64,000 nucleotides of DNA from Octopus sinensis (GCF_006345805.1 NC_043010.1:24862001-24926000); one strand, 5' to 3'; shown: positions 1 through 13,161, counted from the first letter of the stretch. The notes: a model not told the origin generated them from the sequence alone. A program made the numbers and translations.

Positions 1-180
1 TGTGTGTGTGAGTGTGTGTATACGTATATATATATATATATATACATACGTATATATATATACATATATCTACATACATATATACAGCTACATACATATA
101 TATATATACATATATATATATACATGGATACAGCTATAAACATCTATATACATATATATATACATCTATACACATATATC

Positions 181-233
<53 letters not shown>

Positions 234-245
234 TCACTCATACGC

Positions 246-322
<77 letters not shown>

Positions 323-522
323 TATATAGATACATACACACACAGAAATCGGGGAGAGAGGAAAATAAAATTTCTACGAGATTATTTACTTGCATATATG
401 AATATATATGTGTGTGTGTGTGTGTGTGCGTGAGAGAGAGAGAGAGAGAATAAATATATATACGAATAAATATTTATATATATATGAATATATGCGTGCG
501 TGTGTGTGTGTGTGTGTGTGTG

Positions 523-550
<28 letters not shown>
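1..550. repeat. Compound (TA)n/(TG)n/(GA)n microsatellite (representative of dozens in the window)
   Basis: Direct reading of the sequence. Confidence 0.98.
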
Positions 551-555
<5 letters not shown>

Positions 556-1018
556 ACCAGGTAATGGGAAAGTAGCGCCCAGTTTCTGGGAAGTCATACC
601 TTCCTTTGTTGTTTTGCAAGTTATTACTGTCAGTTTTTGAAAGTTACTAAATCTGGATCGTGTATCATATTGTTAATACTCGTTGATGTCACAATCCGAC
701 CTCTTGCACCGAGAAGAATTGTATTCCAGAAGGGAAATGGGTACAACAGTAAACTAGAAGGCTGAAATAAAGTGCAATGAAAGGAAATCAAGTATATGTA
801 AACAGGATGATAGGTTACACAGCAGGGGAATGAATGGATGGTGGGTGTGTCTCAATCCAGTGCTATCAATTGATCAGTTGCAGGTAAAAAAGACGAACGC
901 ACTTAGCCTTGGAAATTCAGGTACGCAAGATGGTGAAACCGCTCATTAGATTCTTCATTGTTGCTTGGCAGGTTATTATTGACAGTTTTTGGAAGTCACG
1001 AAATTCACATCAAGTTGA

Positions 1019-2039
1019 CCCATGAATTCGCTTTCAATAAATCAATGCATGGCAGTTGTGAAACATTACTACAACTACAATGGAAGACAATCCTTGAACG
1101 CACGCCGTCTGGCGGAGGATTTTGATATTAACTCGTCCCATGGAAAAAACATGCATTAGATTATCAAGAAATTTGAAACTACAGGGTCGGCAGCCACTGT
1201 AAAATAAAACGTCTGGTCATTCATAAACGGCTACGAATGAATCTAAGGCTGAAGGAACTCCACAAAAGTCAACTCACCATTTATCTGCAGAGATGGGAGT
1301 GAGCCAGCCAAGTGTTATGTGTATGCTTCACAAAATGGAAACCTTACATTCCACACTTACTGCATGCTGTTCAGGATGAAGATGATGACCACCGTCTTCA
1401 ATTTTGCGTAGAGTTCCTGGCTAAACTTGTTAGAGACGCATCAATGTTTAACAGTATCTTGTGCTCAGATGAGGCTTGTTTAAAATTCAATGACACCACA
1501 GGCACAACTGTATCTATTAGGCTGAGGGGAACTCAAAAGTGACGGTTGATAAGGAAGTGAACTTACCTGGTGTGACAGTTTGGGCAGCCACACCTTCATT
1601 GGGAATAATTGGTCCTTCTTTATGTGAGAGAGTTTTCAATGGGGTCAGGTAATTGGATATGTTTCAAACCTTCTTTTGGCTCAGGATACAAGATCAAAAC
1701 TGTTATTTCCAGCAAGATGGAGCCTCCACCTCATAATGCACAACATGCACGTCAGTGGCTTGAGAAAAACTTTCCTGGAAAGTGAATCGGATGCTGCAAT
1801 CCGACTGAGTGGCCGGCACGCTCCCCAGACCTCACACCGGCATATTTCTTTTGGAGGGCGACCCTTAACGACCTTATTTATCGTGAAAAACCTTGTACTA
1901 TTCAGGAATTGAAATTTAAAATTACTGAAAAGTTTGAGGAAATTTATAATAAAATCTTCAAATGCGTGTGCCATACTGTGCCTGCTCAGTTGCACTTGTA
2001 CATTGATCACGAAGGAACACGCTTTGAACATTGTAAGTA
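1019..2039 (+). mobile_element. Degenerate Tc1/mariner-superfamily transposase (DUF4817-type N-terminus, DD41D-like spacing)
   Basis: Fragments IIKKFETTGS, KWKPYIPHLL, ILCSDEA, QQDG(A)PPH, EWPARSPDLTP and GTRFEH, with stops and frameshifts. About 41 residues separate the QQD aspartate from the (decayed) third catalytic position. TIRs not identified. Confidence 0.8.
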
Positions 2040-2912
2040 AAAAGCCTGAATAAATGAATTTGAGAACAATTTGTTTTTTATTTATTTGATTTATTTATTT
2101 TCTACTTTTTTTACACACTAATAAAAAAAAACAATAAACTGGTAAATGTAAAACAAGAATTAGGAGTCAAAAGTATTTCCCAATTGGGAAGTCACACATA
2201 TACCAGAGCCACTATATTTTCACACTTGCGCACATCTATACTCATACATACACCACACTAGCACACACACACACACACGCACACACACATACACACACGC
2301 ACACTACTCCTACTTATACCTGCTTCTAGGTATCTGTACACCTTCTTCCTTTCTTAACTCGTACCCCAATAGAACAACGTTCCCACATAATTTCTAGTCC
2401 TTTGCCTTCCACTTGTGTCCCATTTTCACTAGACAGTTCTCTTTTTTTACTCAGATTTACGTCCGAAACGTTAAAACGCCCCCGTACACCACTTCAGTCA
2501 ATTATAATACTTGATTGTAATTATTCCATTGACCCAAGAAGAAGGTGGTAGTAGTGGGGCTGCTGCTGTTGGTGCGGTAGTGGTGTAGAAGTGATGGTGG
2601 TGTTTCTCCCCTTCCCGACTACACTGCACCACACTCGTTAACCGATATTTCATGCCCACATAATTAGAATCTAATTTTTTATGCAGTCATTTTTTTTACT
2701 CTTATTATGGTACAACTTTTCATGAACTGTAACAAATATATCTCCCATTCATTCTCTCTCTTTCTCTCTTTCTCTCTCTCTCTCTCTCTCCTTCTCTCTC
2801 TTTCTCTTTCTTTCTCTTTGTATGTGTGTACATAATATGTTTTAGTCATTTTCATCGTGCTGTCTCTCATTCTCTTTTTTTAATCATATCTGCCATTCAC
2901 TCACTCTCTGTC

Positions 2913-2986
<74 letters not shown>

Positions 2987-2988
<2 letters not shown>

Positions 2989-5900
2989 CTTTCTTTTATT
3001 AGCCACACAGGGCTGAATACAGAGGGGACAAATACAAATGCAGAGCTTTTCTTTTCGAGGGTGGAAAAAAAAGAAAATAAATGTAAGATTGCGATCAAAA
3101 GGGATCGAGAGGAGGAAAAAAAGGAAAAAAAAGGAAATCGTGTATCACAGAAATAATGATATAAACATTGATATAACAAGATTTGGTTCATCCGTGGGAA
3201 GAAAAGCCTACAGAAAAGACCACGGGAACCCCAGTCAGGGAGGAAATAACCACATGAGATCAAAATGCTCTCTTTCTTTCTTTTTTACGATCTACAGGAT
3301 CATGCTCACAATGGTTTCATTACTAGCACGCACCATCTTTGCAACATTCACCCATCTTTTTTTTAATCTTTCGCGAGACAAAACTTCCCTCTCCATTCTC
3401 ACCTTCCTTTTCAAGTGGTACTTGAAAAAGTTGATGAGCAATTGGCCAGAGAGGTAAGTGTTTGTCTCTAATCCTTTCGCTCGAGTCCACCATACACATT
3501 CTTTCACCATGGCCACCAGTACGATGAAAACTGCCTTGCCTTCCCGGTTGAGGGAAGGGGGCGGAGCAATTCTCACGATAGACTCGGCCGATAGGCGGAT
3601 TCGTCCCACACGTGACAGCAGCCGTTCGGCATAAGCCCACAGGTTTGAAATGGTTGGACATTGCACGGGTGCGTGCAGAACGGTTTCGTCGCTCTGACCG
3701 CATCTCGGGCAAGTCGGTCCAGTGTGTCTGGAACCGTGTCTGTAGAGCTTATCCCGAACAGGTAATGCTTCTCGATAGCACTGCCAGGCCAGGGATCTTT
3801 GGTGATTGTTCATAGGTTCCGGCCCGATAGTTGTCCTGAACAGTCGGGTCAGGTGTTCCTCGTCGACGCCCAGACTCTGCCCGAGTTCGTCGTCGCACCT
3901 CCCCTCCACTAATCCTCTATAGAATGCCTTTGTTGTGATGGAGTCGCACAAGTTCGATCCCGGACGGCAGAGTTGCTTGAGAGCAACGCGACACTCGCGG
4001 TGCCATTCGCCTAGCCTCGGTCTCTGCTTGATCCATAACTGTAGTTCGTCCAAGGAGACGAGCTGCGGGAAAGCGCGCCGCACAAAAGGCGACCACACCT
4101 GTTCACTGTTGTCTATGAAGCGCCGGAGATGTCGCAGTCTCAGCGCATGTCTGCGCATCATCAACCACGGCATGCCCAGCCCTCCATTTAGCGGGTGTTG
4201 ACAGCAAATGGATCGCCTAACCATCGGAACGTTTCCCTTCCACAAGAAGCGGAAGAGTATACGTTCCAGTCTGGTGATGGTCAGACGATACTCGATGACG
4301 GATGCGATGTACGCGTTCGCCACCTCCGCCCGACCTTTTAGGGATAGCTTTCTCTCAGCCCATTTCTGGGTGAGAGTAGCCACCCTAGTCGTTATCTCGC
4401 CCCAGTTCTTCTCCATTTGGAGGTCCGGACCGAACCAGAACCCGAGCAATTTAACCGGTCCGTCCGTCCAGCGTCCCACGATGGAGACGCTGTTGGACGG
4501 CATGGGCTTGCTTCTCCAGGTGCCGAGCCGCAAGCCCACTGACATTTCCCGGTTAATTTTTGCTCCCGTTACCGCTTCGTATTCTTTTAGTGTCTCGCCG
4601 ACCAGCTCAATGTGCTCGTAGCTCGACACTATGACGGTGACGTCATCCGCGTATGCAGACACGCTCCTCCCGCATCCCAGCTCTCGTGGGATGCCCCTCA
4701 GCGTCGCCAGTTTCCGTAGTAGTGGCTCAAGAGTCAGTACATACAGCAGCGATGAGAGGGGGCATCCCTGACGAACCGAACGCATGATGTTAAAAGGTCT
4801 GGATAGATGACCATTTACGCGAACTACTGAGCGGATGCCGCTGTATAAGGCAGCGATCCAACCGCGGAAAACTGGACCGAAACCAGCCGCTTTAAGGACA
4901 GCCTCCAAGTAGTGATGGTCTACCCTATCGAAGGCTTTTGATTGATCCAAATTGATCAGCGCCCCACAGATGCCAGGATTCTTAACTACCCTGTCTATGA
5001 TGTAGCGCATCAGATGGAGGTTGTCATGAATACTTCTACCCGGCACGGCGCATGTTTGCGCCTTGTCGATTAGTTTCTTGATGACAAGCGCCAACCTCTC
5101 GGCTAACACCTTCGCCAAAATTTTCAAATCTGCGTTGAGCAGAGTGATGGGCCTGAAATTATCTATGACGTCCCCCTTGTTTGGGTCTTTCTTAATCAGT
5201 TCCACTGCTCCTCGCTTTACAAAAGCAGGAATACTCCCATTTTGCTGCCAGTTGCAGTAGACAGCTGCCAAGACGCCTCCAAACAAGTCTGGCATATGAA
5301 AATAAAGTTCGTAGGGCAGACCATCCAAGCCTGGTGACTTGTCTCTCGCGCAGCCTACCATCGCATCCTGTACGTCCGCAGCTGTGATAGGCCTTTCACA
5401 AGACTCCACCTCTCTTGCTGAGAGTCGTGGCAAGGCATGCAGGTAGGCACTAAAGTCCACTCTGCGTTCTGACTCACCACTTGTCCCAAACAGTTGGGTG
5501 AAGTGTTGTTGAAAAGCCCCACACATCCTTTTAGGCTCGAGCAATTCGCGCGATGGTGGCTCTGTTGCCTCGTTGCGTCTCCACCACTCGGGCCTCTTGG
5601 GCGGCTCCAACTCCTTCGTTCCTCAGAGCACGCATCCTGGCTCTGACAACGCATCCCTCGTGTTTGGCGTTGAGGTGTTGGTTGAGGGCCAATCTCGCCG
5701 CCAGCACGTTGGACGCGATGCCAGTTCTAAGTGCCTCTTCTAAAACCTTAACTAATTCTCCCTCTATTCTATTTCGGTCTAATGCTAGGGCTCTACTGTA
5801 TCTGACTGATTCTGCTTTAATTGCTTTTTTTAGGGCATACCACCATCTGTTGTTGATGATGGTACCCGTCAAAGCTCTCTTAACTAATGTGCTGATCCGG

Positions 5901-8900
5901 TCCCTGTAAACCTGTCGTGCTGTAAAAGACGCGTTCAGTTTCCAGTAACCAGGACCCTGCCTATGTGTCAAGTGTACAAGTCACAAACTTGTGATCTGTG
6001 TAACTGACTATATGAAATTGTGGACAACCTACACTATTTTTATCTATTGTCCTACAGAATACTCTATCTAAGTATGATCTGGACGACCCGATGCGGTTAC
6101 TCCATGTCCACATTGGCACATTCGGGTGGTCCAGTCGGTACCTGTCAGACAGTTGGAAACGTCTGAGCAGGTCTTTGAGGCATTTGCATCCCCTTCTATT
6201 GCTATCTCTGCCCACGTAGTCTAGATGCGTGTCCAGGGTGGCATTCCAATCCCCCACTAAAAGTAAAGGACGAGACGTTCCCATGAAAGACTCTAGACGT
6301 CGAAAGAAATCTGGTCGGCCTGTTAAGGACGGAGCATAAACTGCTATCAGTCGAAAAGCACACTCATTGCTGCCATCGACATCCAAAACGACCAGCCTAC
6401 CCTCCGGGTCTAGGAAATTTGCTCTTACTTTGAGATCCAGACTCTTCCGGATAAGCACCGCGGTGCCACCTCCGCCCATTCTCGGTAGACACGGAGAAAA
6501 ATAAATGTTGAAATGTGTACCGAAAATGTGCTGGAGTGCCCGCAAGCTGTGGAGTCTGGTCTCACTGATGGCTATGATATTCAGATTTAGTGACTTGATG
6601 TCATTTAACAGGTAGCCTTGTTTTCAAGGCGACCCCAAACCACGTACATTTATACTGCCTATTCTGAGCATGTTCCGATAAAATTGTGTTTTACACACGA
6701 AAAGAAAGTGCAAAAAAGGAAAGAGAGGGAGAAAAGGTTACTTGTTGTTCGAAAGTCCTTTGTCTTTCACCTCACGGTCTTCTTCTATGAGGCTTTTGTA
6801 CAGTTTTTTCGATGAATACTTTTGAAATCTCCCTACTGCATCAGGGTAAAGAGATTTCAGGGTGCTGTATGTGTTCTGTGTTACGTGTATTGTTTTAATG
6901 TGTTGTGGTGGTGTTATGCGTGGGTGGTTACTTGTTTTTATGTCGTTTTCAGTTATGTTGGTGTTTGACCTAATGTGTTCCATTAGGTCGTGGTTGTTTG
7001 TGTTTATGGCTGTCAACATTGTTGGGGGGTTTGATGATGGTGTGTTTGTGTTGATGTGTTTGTTTTCTGTAGATGTTTTTGTTTCGGGAGTGGTGTATCT
7101 TCCTGCTTTGTTTGTTATTTTTTCTTTTCTTTTTTTCCCCCTTTTTCTTCTCCCCCCTGTGGCTATTTGCCAATCTTCCGTGCCTTCTTCGTCTAATGAC
7201 AAATCAGACGAATCAGAGCTTGGAAGAGGGAAAATATTGGGGTCTATTGTAGACTGTGTTGATTTTGTTGTTGGTGTTGGTTGGTGAGCGTTTGGTTGTG
7301 GTGTATGCGGTTTTGGAGGTGGGGGTGTGGGTATTTTGTGTTTGAGTGATTGTAGGTATTGTTGTGTTGTTTGGGGTCTCAATTTTGTGGGGATTTGGAG
7401 TTGTAATTGTTTCTTCATTTTCGCTGAGTGTCTTTTTGGCAGATGTCCTTGGTTTGGGAGTTGGTTTATTCTTGGTTGTTGTTGTTGGTGATGTTGCTTC
7501 TGTTCTTGGTGCTGCAGTTGGTGTGGTTGTTTGGTTGGTGAGGTTTGTTCCTGCAAAACGTGGTGTGGGTAGTAAACCTGGTTTATTTGGGGTTTTTTCC
7601 GGCTGCTGTTGTTGTTGCTGTTGTTTTCTTGCGGCAGATTTGCAGTCTTTTTTTAGGTGTTGCTCACTGCCGCATATGTAGCAACGTGGTCTTCTGCCAT
7701 CGACGACCACATACAACTTGTGGTCGTCTGATACACATATCTGGGTGGGTATTTTTTTTATGTCTTCTTGATTTATATGTAGAAGAAATTCTACTTTTTT
7801 TCCCACCCAGTTTTTGTGCTCCGTGACCGTGGTTTCTAAAATAGTAAAATTTGTCATTTTTACACATAAGGCCTTTACAAGCCATAGATTATTAGCTATT
7901 TTGGGGACATTGTTTAAAGTGATCTTAGTCCCCGATAGCTTGGTGTAAGTTGGAGTTCATCTGAATGAAGAGTTAGCGTTGAGAAACGTCTAGCTAACTC
8001 TTCGGTGTGGAAAACCACTTTTATGTGGGCGAACTTGTTCCACCAGGTCACATAGTCTTTGTAGTTCCAGATGGGTTTCAAGCATTTTTCTATTTTGCTT
8101 GTGTTAGCCTTCTCTGGGCTTTTTGTTTTCTTATTAATTATTTTATAAATAATTGTTCTTTTTTTTTCATCTTCCAATATTTCTTCTGGTATGTTTACCT
8201 TCACTATACCATCTAATTCTGTTATTGTAATGTTTGTGTCTTGTATTTGTTGAGCAGTAAAATATACTGTTGTTTTTTTTTCTTTAATCGCCTCAGCGAA
8301 ATTTGTTGTTGTTTTGTTATTGTTGTTGCTGGTGGTGATGTTGTTGGCTGCAGTTTGTAGAATTGGTGTGTTTGGTTCGATTGTGCAAGTAGGAAGGGGG
8401 GTGGAAAATTATTTTCATAATTTATCCCTGTATTCGAGCAGCTTTTGTCAATTTGTTTGGTGGTTACAGTTTTTTGTTTATTCACTTCAGTTCTTGTTGT
8501 TGGAGTAAAACAGGTCTGAACGGAATTGTTGTTGTTGTTGTTGTTTTTGTTGTTGGTGGTGGTGTCAGTGGCAGAAGAGACAGCCGAGGCAGCAGATGTC
8601 GAAATGGTGGCGCAATTTTTATTTTTGTTGTCATTGTTATTGTTGTTGCTGTTGGTAGTTGAGGTAGTGGATGAGGTGGCGGCGGTGGTGGTGGTGGTGG
8701 TGAAGGCGGTGGTGGTGAAGGCGGTGGTGGTGAAGGCGGTGGTGGTGAAGGCGGTGGTGGTAACAGTAGAAGTCTCTATGTTGTTCTTGCTAGTGGCGGT
8801 GTTGGTGACAGGGCTGTTACTACACGTAGTAGTAGCGTTCATTGCAAATTCATTGATAATTTTACTTTGCGCGCAAAATTCTTTTTTTTCTCCTAGCGTT

Positions 8901-9150
8901 TCCAGTCTAGGAGAAAGCTGGTCGATAAAGGAACGCGACCATCGTTCTAGACATTTTGAAAATGTCTAGAAAAAAATTACAAAAATTAAATGGGGTTGAA
9001 ACTGCCCCTAGGGGAGAATTCCTCCCTTGGAAAGGCACTCAAACGAAAGTTGGCTGCCTTACACAACTTATTTACAAAAATGTACACAAAAATTGGGCTA
9101 TAAATAGTCAAAATAAACAATTACCTTCGGAGTCGAAGAGACAGCACGTC
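2987..9150 (-). mobile_element. Near full-length Tx1-clade (L1 group) non-LTR retrotransposon, frameshifted
   Basis: ORF1 pieces 8204-6738 with CCHC knuckle CYICGSEQHLKKDC. APE endonuclease ~6605-5961 (ISETRL, LVGDWN, SYLDR, YTDH). RT 5610-3292 (FRPITLLNADLKI, DQSKAFDRV, QGCPLS, YADD, CPRC..H..QC). Both ends abut (GATA)n. Confidence 0.93.
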
Positions 9151-9159
9151 CATAGACAG

Positions 9160-9246
<87 letters not shown>

Positions 9247-9311
9247 GAGAGAGAGGAGAGAGAGAGATACATATATATGTGTGTGTGTGTGTGTGTGTGT
9301 ATGTGTGTGTG

Positions 9312-9357
<46 letters not shown>

Positions 9358-9374
9358 TGTACGTGTGTGTGTGT

Positions 9375-9770
9375 GTGTATACGTGGCACTCCGTTGGTTA
9401 CGATGATGAGGTTTCTAGTTGATCCGATCAACGGGACAGCCTGCTCGTGAAATTAACATATAAGTGGCTGAGCACTCCACAGACACGTGTACCTTTAACG
9501 TAGTTCTCGGAGAGATTCAGCGTGACACAGAGTGTGACAAGGCTGGCCGCTTTGAAATACAGGTACAACAGAAACTGGAAGTAAGAGTGAGAGAAAGCTG
9601 TGATGAAAGAGTACAGCAGGGTTCGCCACCCTAACTCCAATCCCGCCGGAGCCTCGTGGAGCTTTAGTTATTTTCGCTCAATAAACACTCACAATGCCCG
9701 ATCTGGGAATCGAAACCGCGATCCTACGACTGCGCGTCCGTTGCCATAACCACTGGGTCATCGCGCCTCC
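9375..9770 (-). mobile_element. tRNA-derived SINE (family C)
   Basis: Head GGAGGCGCGATGACCCAGTGGTTATGGC...GGTTTCGATTCCC with A/B boxes. A related head lies at ~62880-62955 and related pieces at ~29150-29355 and ~59760-59940. Confidence 0.8.
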
Positions 9771-9799
9771 TACATATATTTATTTATATATATATATAT

Positions 9800-11530
9800 C
9801 AAAATAAGCAACAAGAATATCCAGAGGTAATGCAGTACGATCGTTTCATGCAACTCCATTTAATTGAACAATGCAATCATTACATCAATTTAAAATAATG
9901 CAGAGCAATCTTCAGCTGCACAAAGATATAGAATTTAATTAAATTAGAACATATGGACACATTAGTATAATTATACCTAAAATCTCCAAGAAGTTAAGGA
10001 GATAGACAAAGAACATGTTGTCTCAATCCAGTTTAGAAGTTACTGAATTTTCCAAGAAGATATACATTGTTATAGATTCTGCCTGTCACTGATTTTTGTT
10101 TTTATGGGGTCAGTTTTAATTCATAGACTAGTTTATCAAATCCCTTGTACCTCTAAGGCTGATAGAACAGAGGGTAGAATCAGGCTGAGGGAGCAAACAT
10201 CATAGTTTGTATTGTCATAAAAATCAAGATTTATTAGAAGCAATATCATGAGGTTTGGTAAAGGAAAACTTAAAACGAGATGTTAGCTGATAATTAAGTG
10301 GTCACCCACCAGCAGACTATTGATAATGAAACAGGGAAAGTCTTATCATGAGGTACTATAGTTAAATATTTTAAACAATGCTGCTATATTGTATACAGTT
10401 AAAGTTTAGGGTTTTTCAAAGGATTATTAAGAAGAAGAATTATAACAAAAGGATAGAAATTTATGAATACTTTTGAGTATATATCAAACTTTTACCACAA
10501 TAGAGGGAGGAAAAGAAATTATATAGAAATAGTTTAATATTTCTACATATTGCATACTTAAATAATAATTCATCAGATGGTACCTGTGAATATTGATTAA
10601 TTGGTATATACTGGTATTAATAAAGCAGTATTGAGGTAAAGGAACATGCTAGTTATATATTAATAAAATTATAATCTAAGCAGTATTTTTTATAAGTAGT
10701 GAATATACCGGTATAGGTTTATATAAGCTAAGTATGAAGTTATAGAGATACAAAAATTAGATTAATTTTATAAATAAATAAATGCTAATTATAAACTAAT
10801 AAAGAAATAAAATAATCAAGTAGGGCAGAACACTATGGAAAAGGAAATAAAATAGCGTAATTACTAATACTATGGTTAAGTATATGTGGCTTATTAACAC
10901 AAATAGAGAAGCTTTTTAGAAAAAGTATAATAATTCAAAATATATTAGATTAAAAATTATATATTTGCTTATTTTGATAATATCAATAAAAGACTGATGT
11001 CTGGTGTCTGCTAAAGGAATATTTAAGTTATGGAACAATCATATGTTACACTAAACTTTTCTTCTTTTTTTTTGAAACTAAGGGTTATATTATACTTTGA
11101 AGAAATTATTGTTACTCCCTACATGATATTTATAGTTTCTTAGTGGTATGTGTTTAGATGGGTTATTTATATAAAGGCCCTTATAAATACTAAGATCAGG
11201 AGGGTAGAGCCATTTAAGAAAGAGAAAAATCAAATAATTTCTAAAGATCATTTCAAACAATATTGTCTTATGGTATAAAGTTAAAATTTTGGGTAATCAA
11301 GAAGATTATTAAGAATGAAATTTTAACAAAATGATAAAACTTCTTTGAATATTTTGAGTATATACCAAATTTTTACCACAATAGAGGGAGGAAAAGAAAA
11401 TTGCAAAGAAATAGTTTAATATTTGTTTACTTATTACTTACCTAAATATTAACTTATTATATGGTTTCTATGAAGATTGATCAATTGGATTTAACTGGTA
11501 TTTAATAAGGAAGCAACTGAGCAACAATAT
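9800..11530 (+). mobile_element. Highly decayed Penelope-like element remnants (tandem partial copies)
   Basis: RT-thumb-like IPKISKKLRR..KEHVVSIQFRS (~9980-10050). GIY-YIG C-terminal-like IVLWxKVKILG.xEDY (~11260-11310). Direct repeat of the ...TTTTACCACAATAGAGGGAGGAAAAGAAA... block at ~10390-10545 and ~11270-11425. Confidence 0.6.
9830..9921 (-). ncRNA. Candidate type I hammerhead ribozyme
   Basis: Minus strand reads TGCAG-CTGAAGA-[61-nt imperfect hairpin]-GAAAC-GATC-GTA-CTGCA. Stem I is a perfect 5 bp, and stem III is the palindrome ACGATCGT. Confidence 0.7.
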
Positions 11531-11533
11531 ATA

Positions 11534-11571
<38 letters not shown>

Positions 11572-11581
11572 CAGACAGAGG

Positions 11582-11652
<71 letters not shown>

Positions 11653-11740
11653 TCGTGTTTCTATATCTTTCTCTCCCTCTCACTTTCTCACTTCTTTCCT
11701 CTCTCTCTCTATATATATATGTATATATATATATATATAG

Positions 11741-11796
<56 letters not shown>

Positions 11797-11856
11797 TGTA
11801 TGTATGTATGTATGTATGTATGTATGCGTGTGGGGAGTGTAGCTTGGTATTATGTA

Positions 11857-11901
<45 letters not shown>

Positions 11902-12099
11902 AGTAGGTGAATGAATTATCCTATGTTTATCGTCAGCATGGAAAATTCGTTTAACCGAAACCTGGGTAGCAAATTCACGTCAGAAAACACGGTTGAAGCG
12001 ACCTGTCAAGGGTAGAAACTCCGGGTTCATGTGTAGAAATTTGTGTGTTGTATATGAATAAATGAAAGAATGGAGTCGAACGAAGATGTTAACAAAATT

Positions 12100-12193
12100 C
12101 CTTTACACTCGACACATGTTTCGAAGACAGCATATTTTCATTCCGAAGGAATAAAGGGTGCATTATGCAATCTTCTCATCAGGAAAGAAAAGG
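12100..12193 (-). ncRNA. Type I hammerhead ribozyme with intact catalytic core
   Basis: CCTTTTCTTTC-CTGATGA-GAAGA...TCTTC-GAAAC-ATGT-GTC-GAGTGTAAAGG. Full core, perfect 5-bp base of stem II, GUC site. One U-U mismatch in proximal stem I. Confidence 0.85.
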
Positions 12194-12972
12194 AGCCTCT
12201 CTCAACAACAAGACAAACAAAAATTTCGACCACAGCGATAATAAGTGTTTTTTTTTAATCCGTTATAAGCATTGACGTCAAAAATGGATAGTTTGCTGTA
12301 TGTATGGAAATGTGTTGGTGTGTGCTTGTGTTAATGAGTGCGTATGTTTGTGTGTGTGTGAATGTGTGTGTGTGTATAACTGCATTTGTGTCTGTGTGTG
12401 TGATTGTGTATGTGAGAGAGAGAGAGACGTCAAAGATAGGTAGTAGTAAGGGAAGATATAAAGGAGTAATAGGTAGGTAAGGGGAAATGTACGTTGATTG
12501 AAAGAATGCTCGGAGGCTTAGGAAAGAATTTCTCTATAGCAGTGGTGTGGACGTGAAGCTAATTGTTAAAACCACAGTGACTATCGTTATCATTTATATG
12601 AGTAGAAAGTGTGTTACTGCCAATGTTTACATTTGTACGATTTTTCTATGAGTGTGTTTACTAGGGGAACCTTAGCGAAAAGAATATGGAAGAGCTCAGA
12701 GTCACAAATGTTACAAAGTCTCCTGCCCTTATCAAAAGGAAAAGATACAGACAATATGAACCAATCCAACTTGAAAGTTATATTGTTGTCAAAGACCCAC
12801 ACATTTCCATACATACAGCAAACATACTGTCCACTACCTATTTTTACTTCCTCCTACTATCCATTTTTGACGTCAATGCTTATAACGGATTTTTTTAAAA
12901 ACACTCATTATCGCTGTGGTTACCATGTAGGCAATCATCGAAATTTTTGTTTGTCTTGTTGTTGAGTGAGCT

Positions 12973-13066
12973 CCTTTTCTTTCCTGGTGAGAAGATTGCA
13001 TAATGCACCCTTTATTCCTTCGGAATGAAAATATGCTGTCTTCGAAACATGTGTCGAGAGTAAAGG
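12973..13066 (+). ncRNA. Type I hammerhead ribozyme, core variant CTGGTGA
   Basis: Inverted twin of 12100-12193. Stem I pairs better (CTTTC/GAGAG), but core A6 is changed to G at 12987. Confidence 0.75.
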
Positions 13067-13110
13067 AATTTTGTTAACATCGTTCGACTCCATTCTTTCA
13101 TTTATTCATA

Positions 13111-13161
<51 letters not shown>

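Larger units (their letters stand above)
12049..13112. mobile_element. Penelope-like element end with inverted pseudo-LTR pair
   Basis: Inverted arms at ~12049-12313 and ~12800-13112, each with a hammerhead fold. The spacer carries a GIY-YIG-end-like peptide (RGTLAKRIWKSSESQML) on the + strand. Confidence 0.75.

Noticed and set aside
4-619. YI/CV/HT-repeat ORFs here and throughout the window
   Set aside because: They are translations of (TA)n, (TG)n, (GATA)n and (TAA)n microsatellites.
8222-8969. Thr-rich or hydrophobic ORFs resembling a mucin or membrane protein
   Set aside because: They lie within the low-complexity 5' region of the Tx1 element, with no splice or domain evidence.
9700-9770. 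tRNA gene-like sequences (also at the other SINE heads)
   Set aside because: They are SINE heads followed by SINE bodies, and no complete cloverleaf with acceptor stem was seen.
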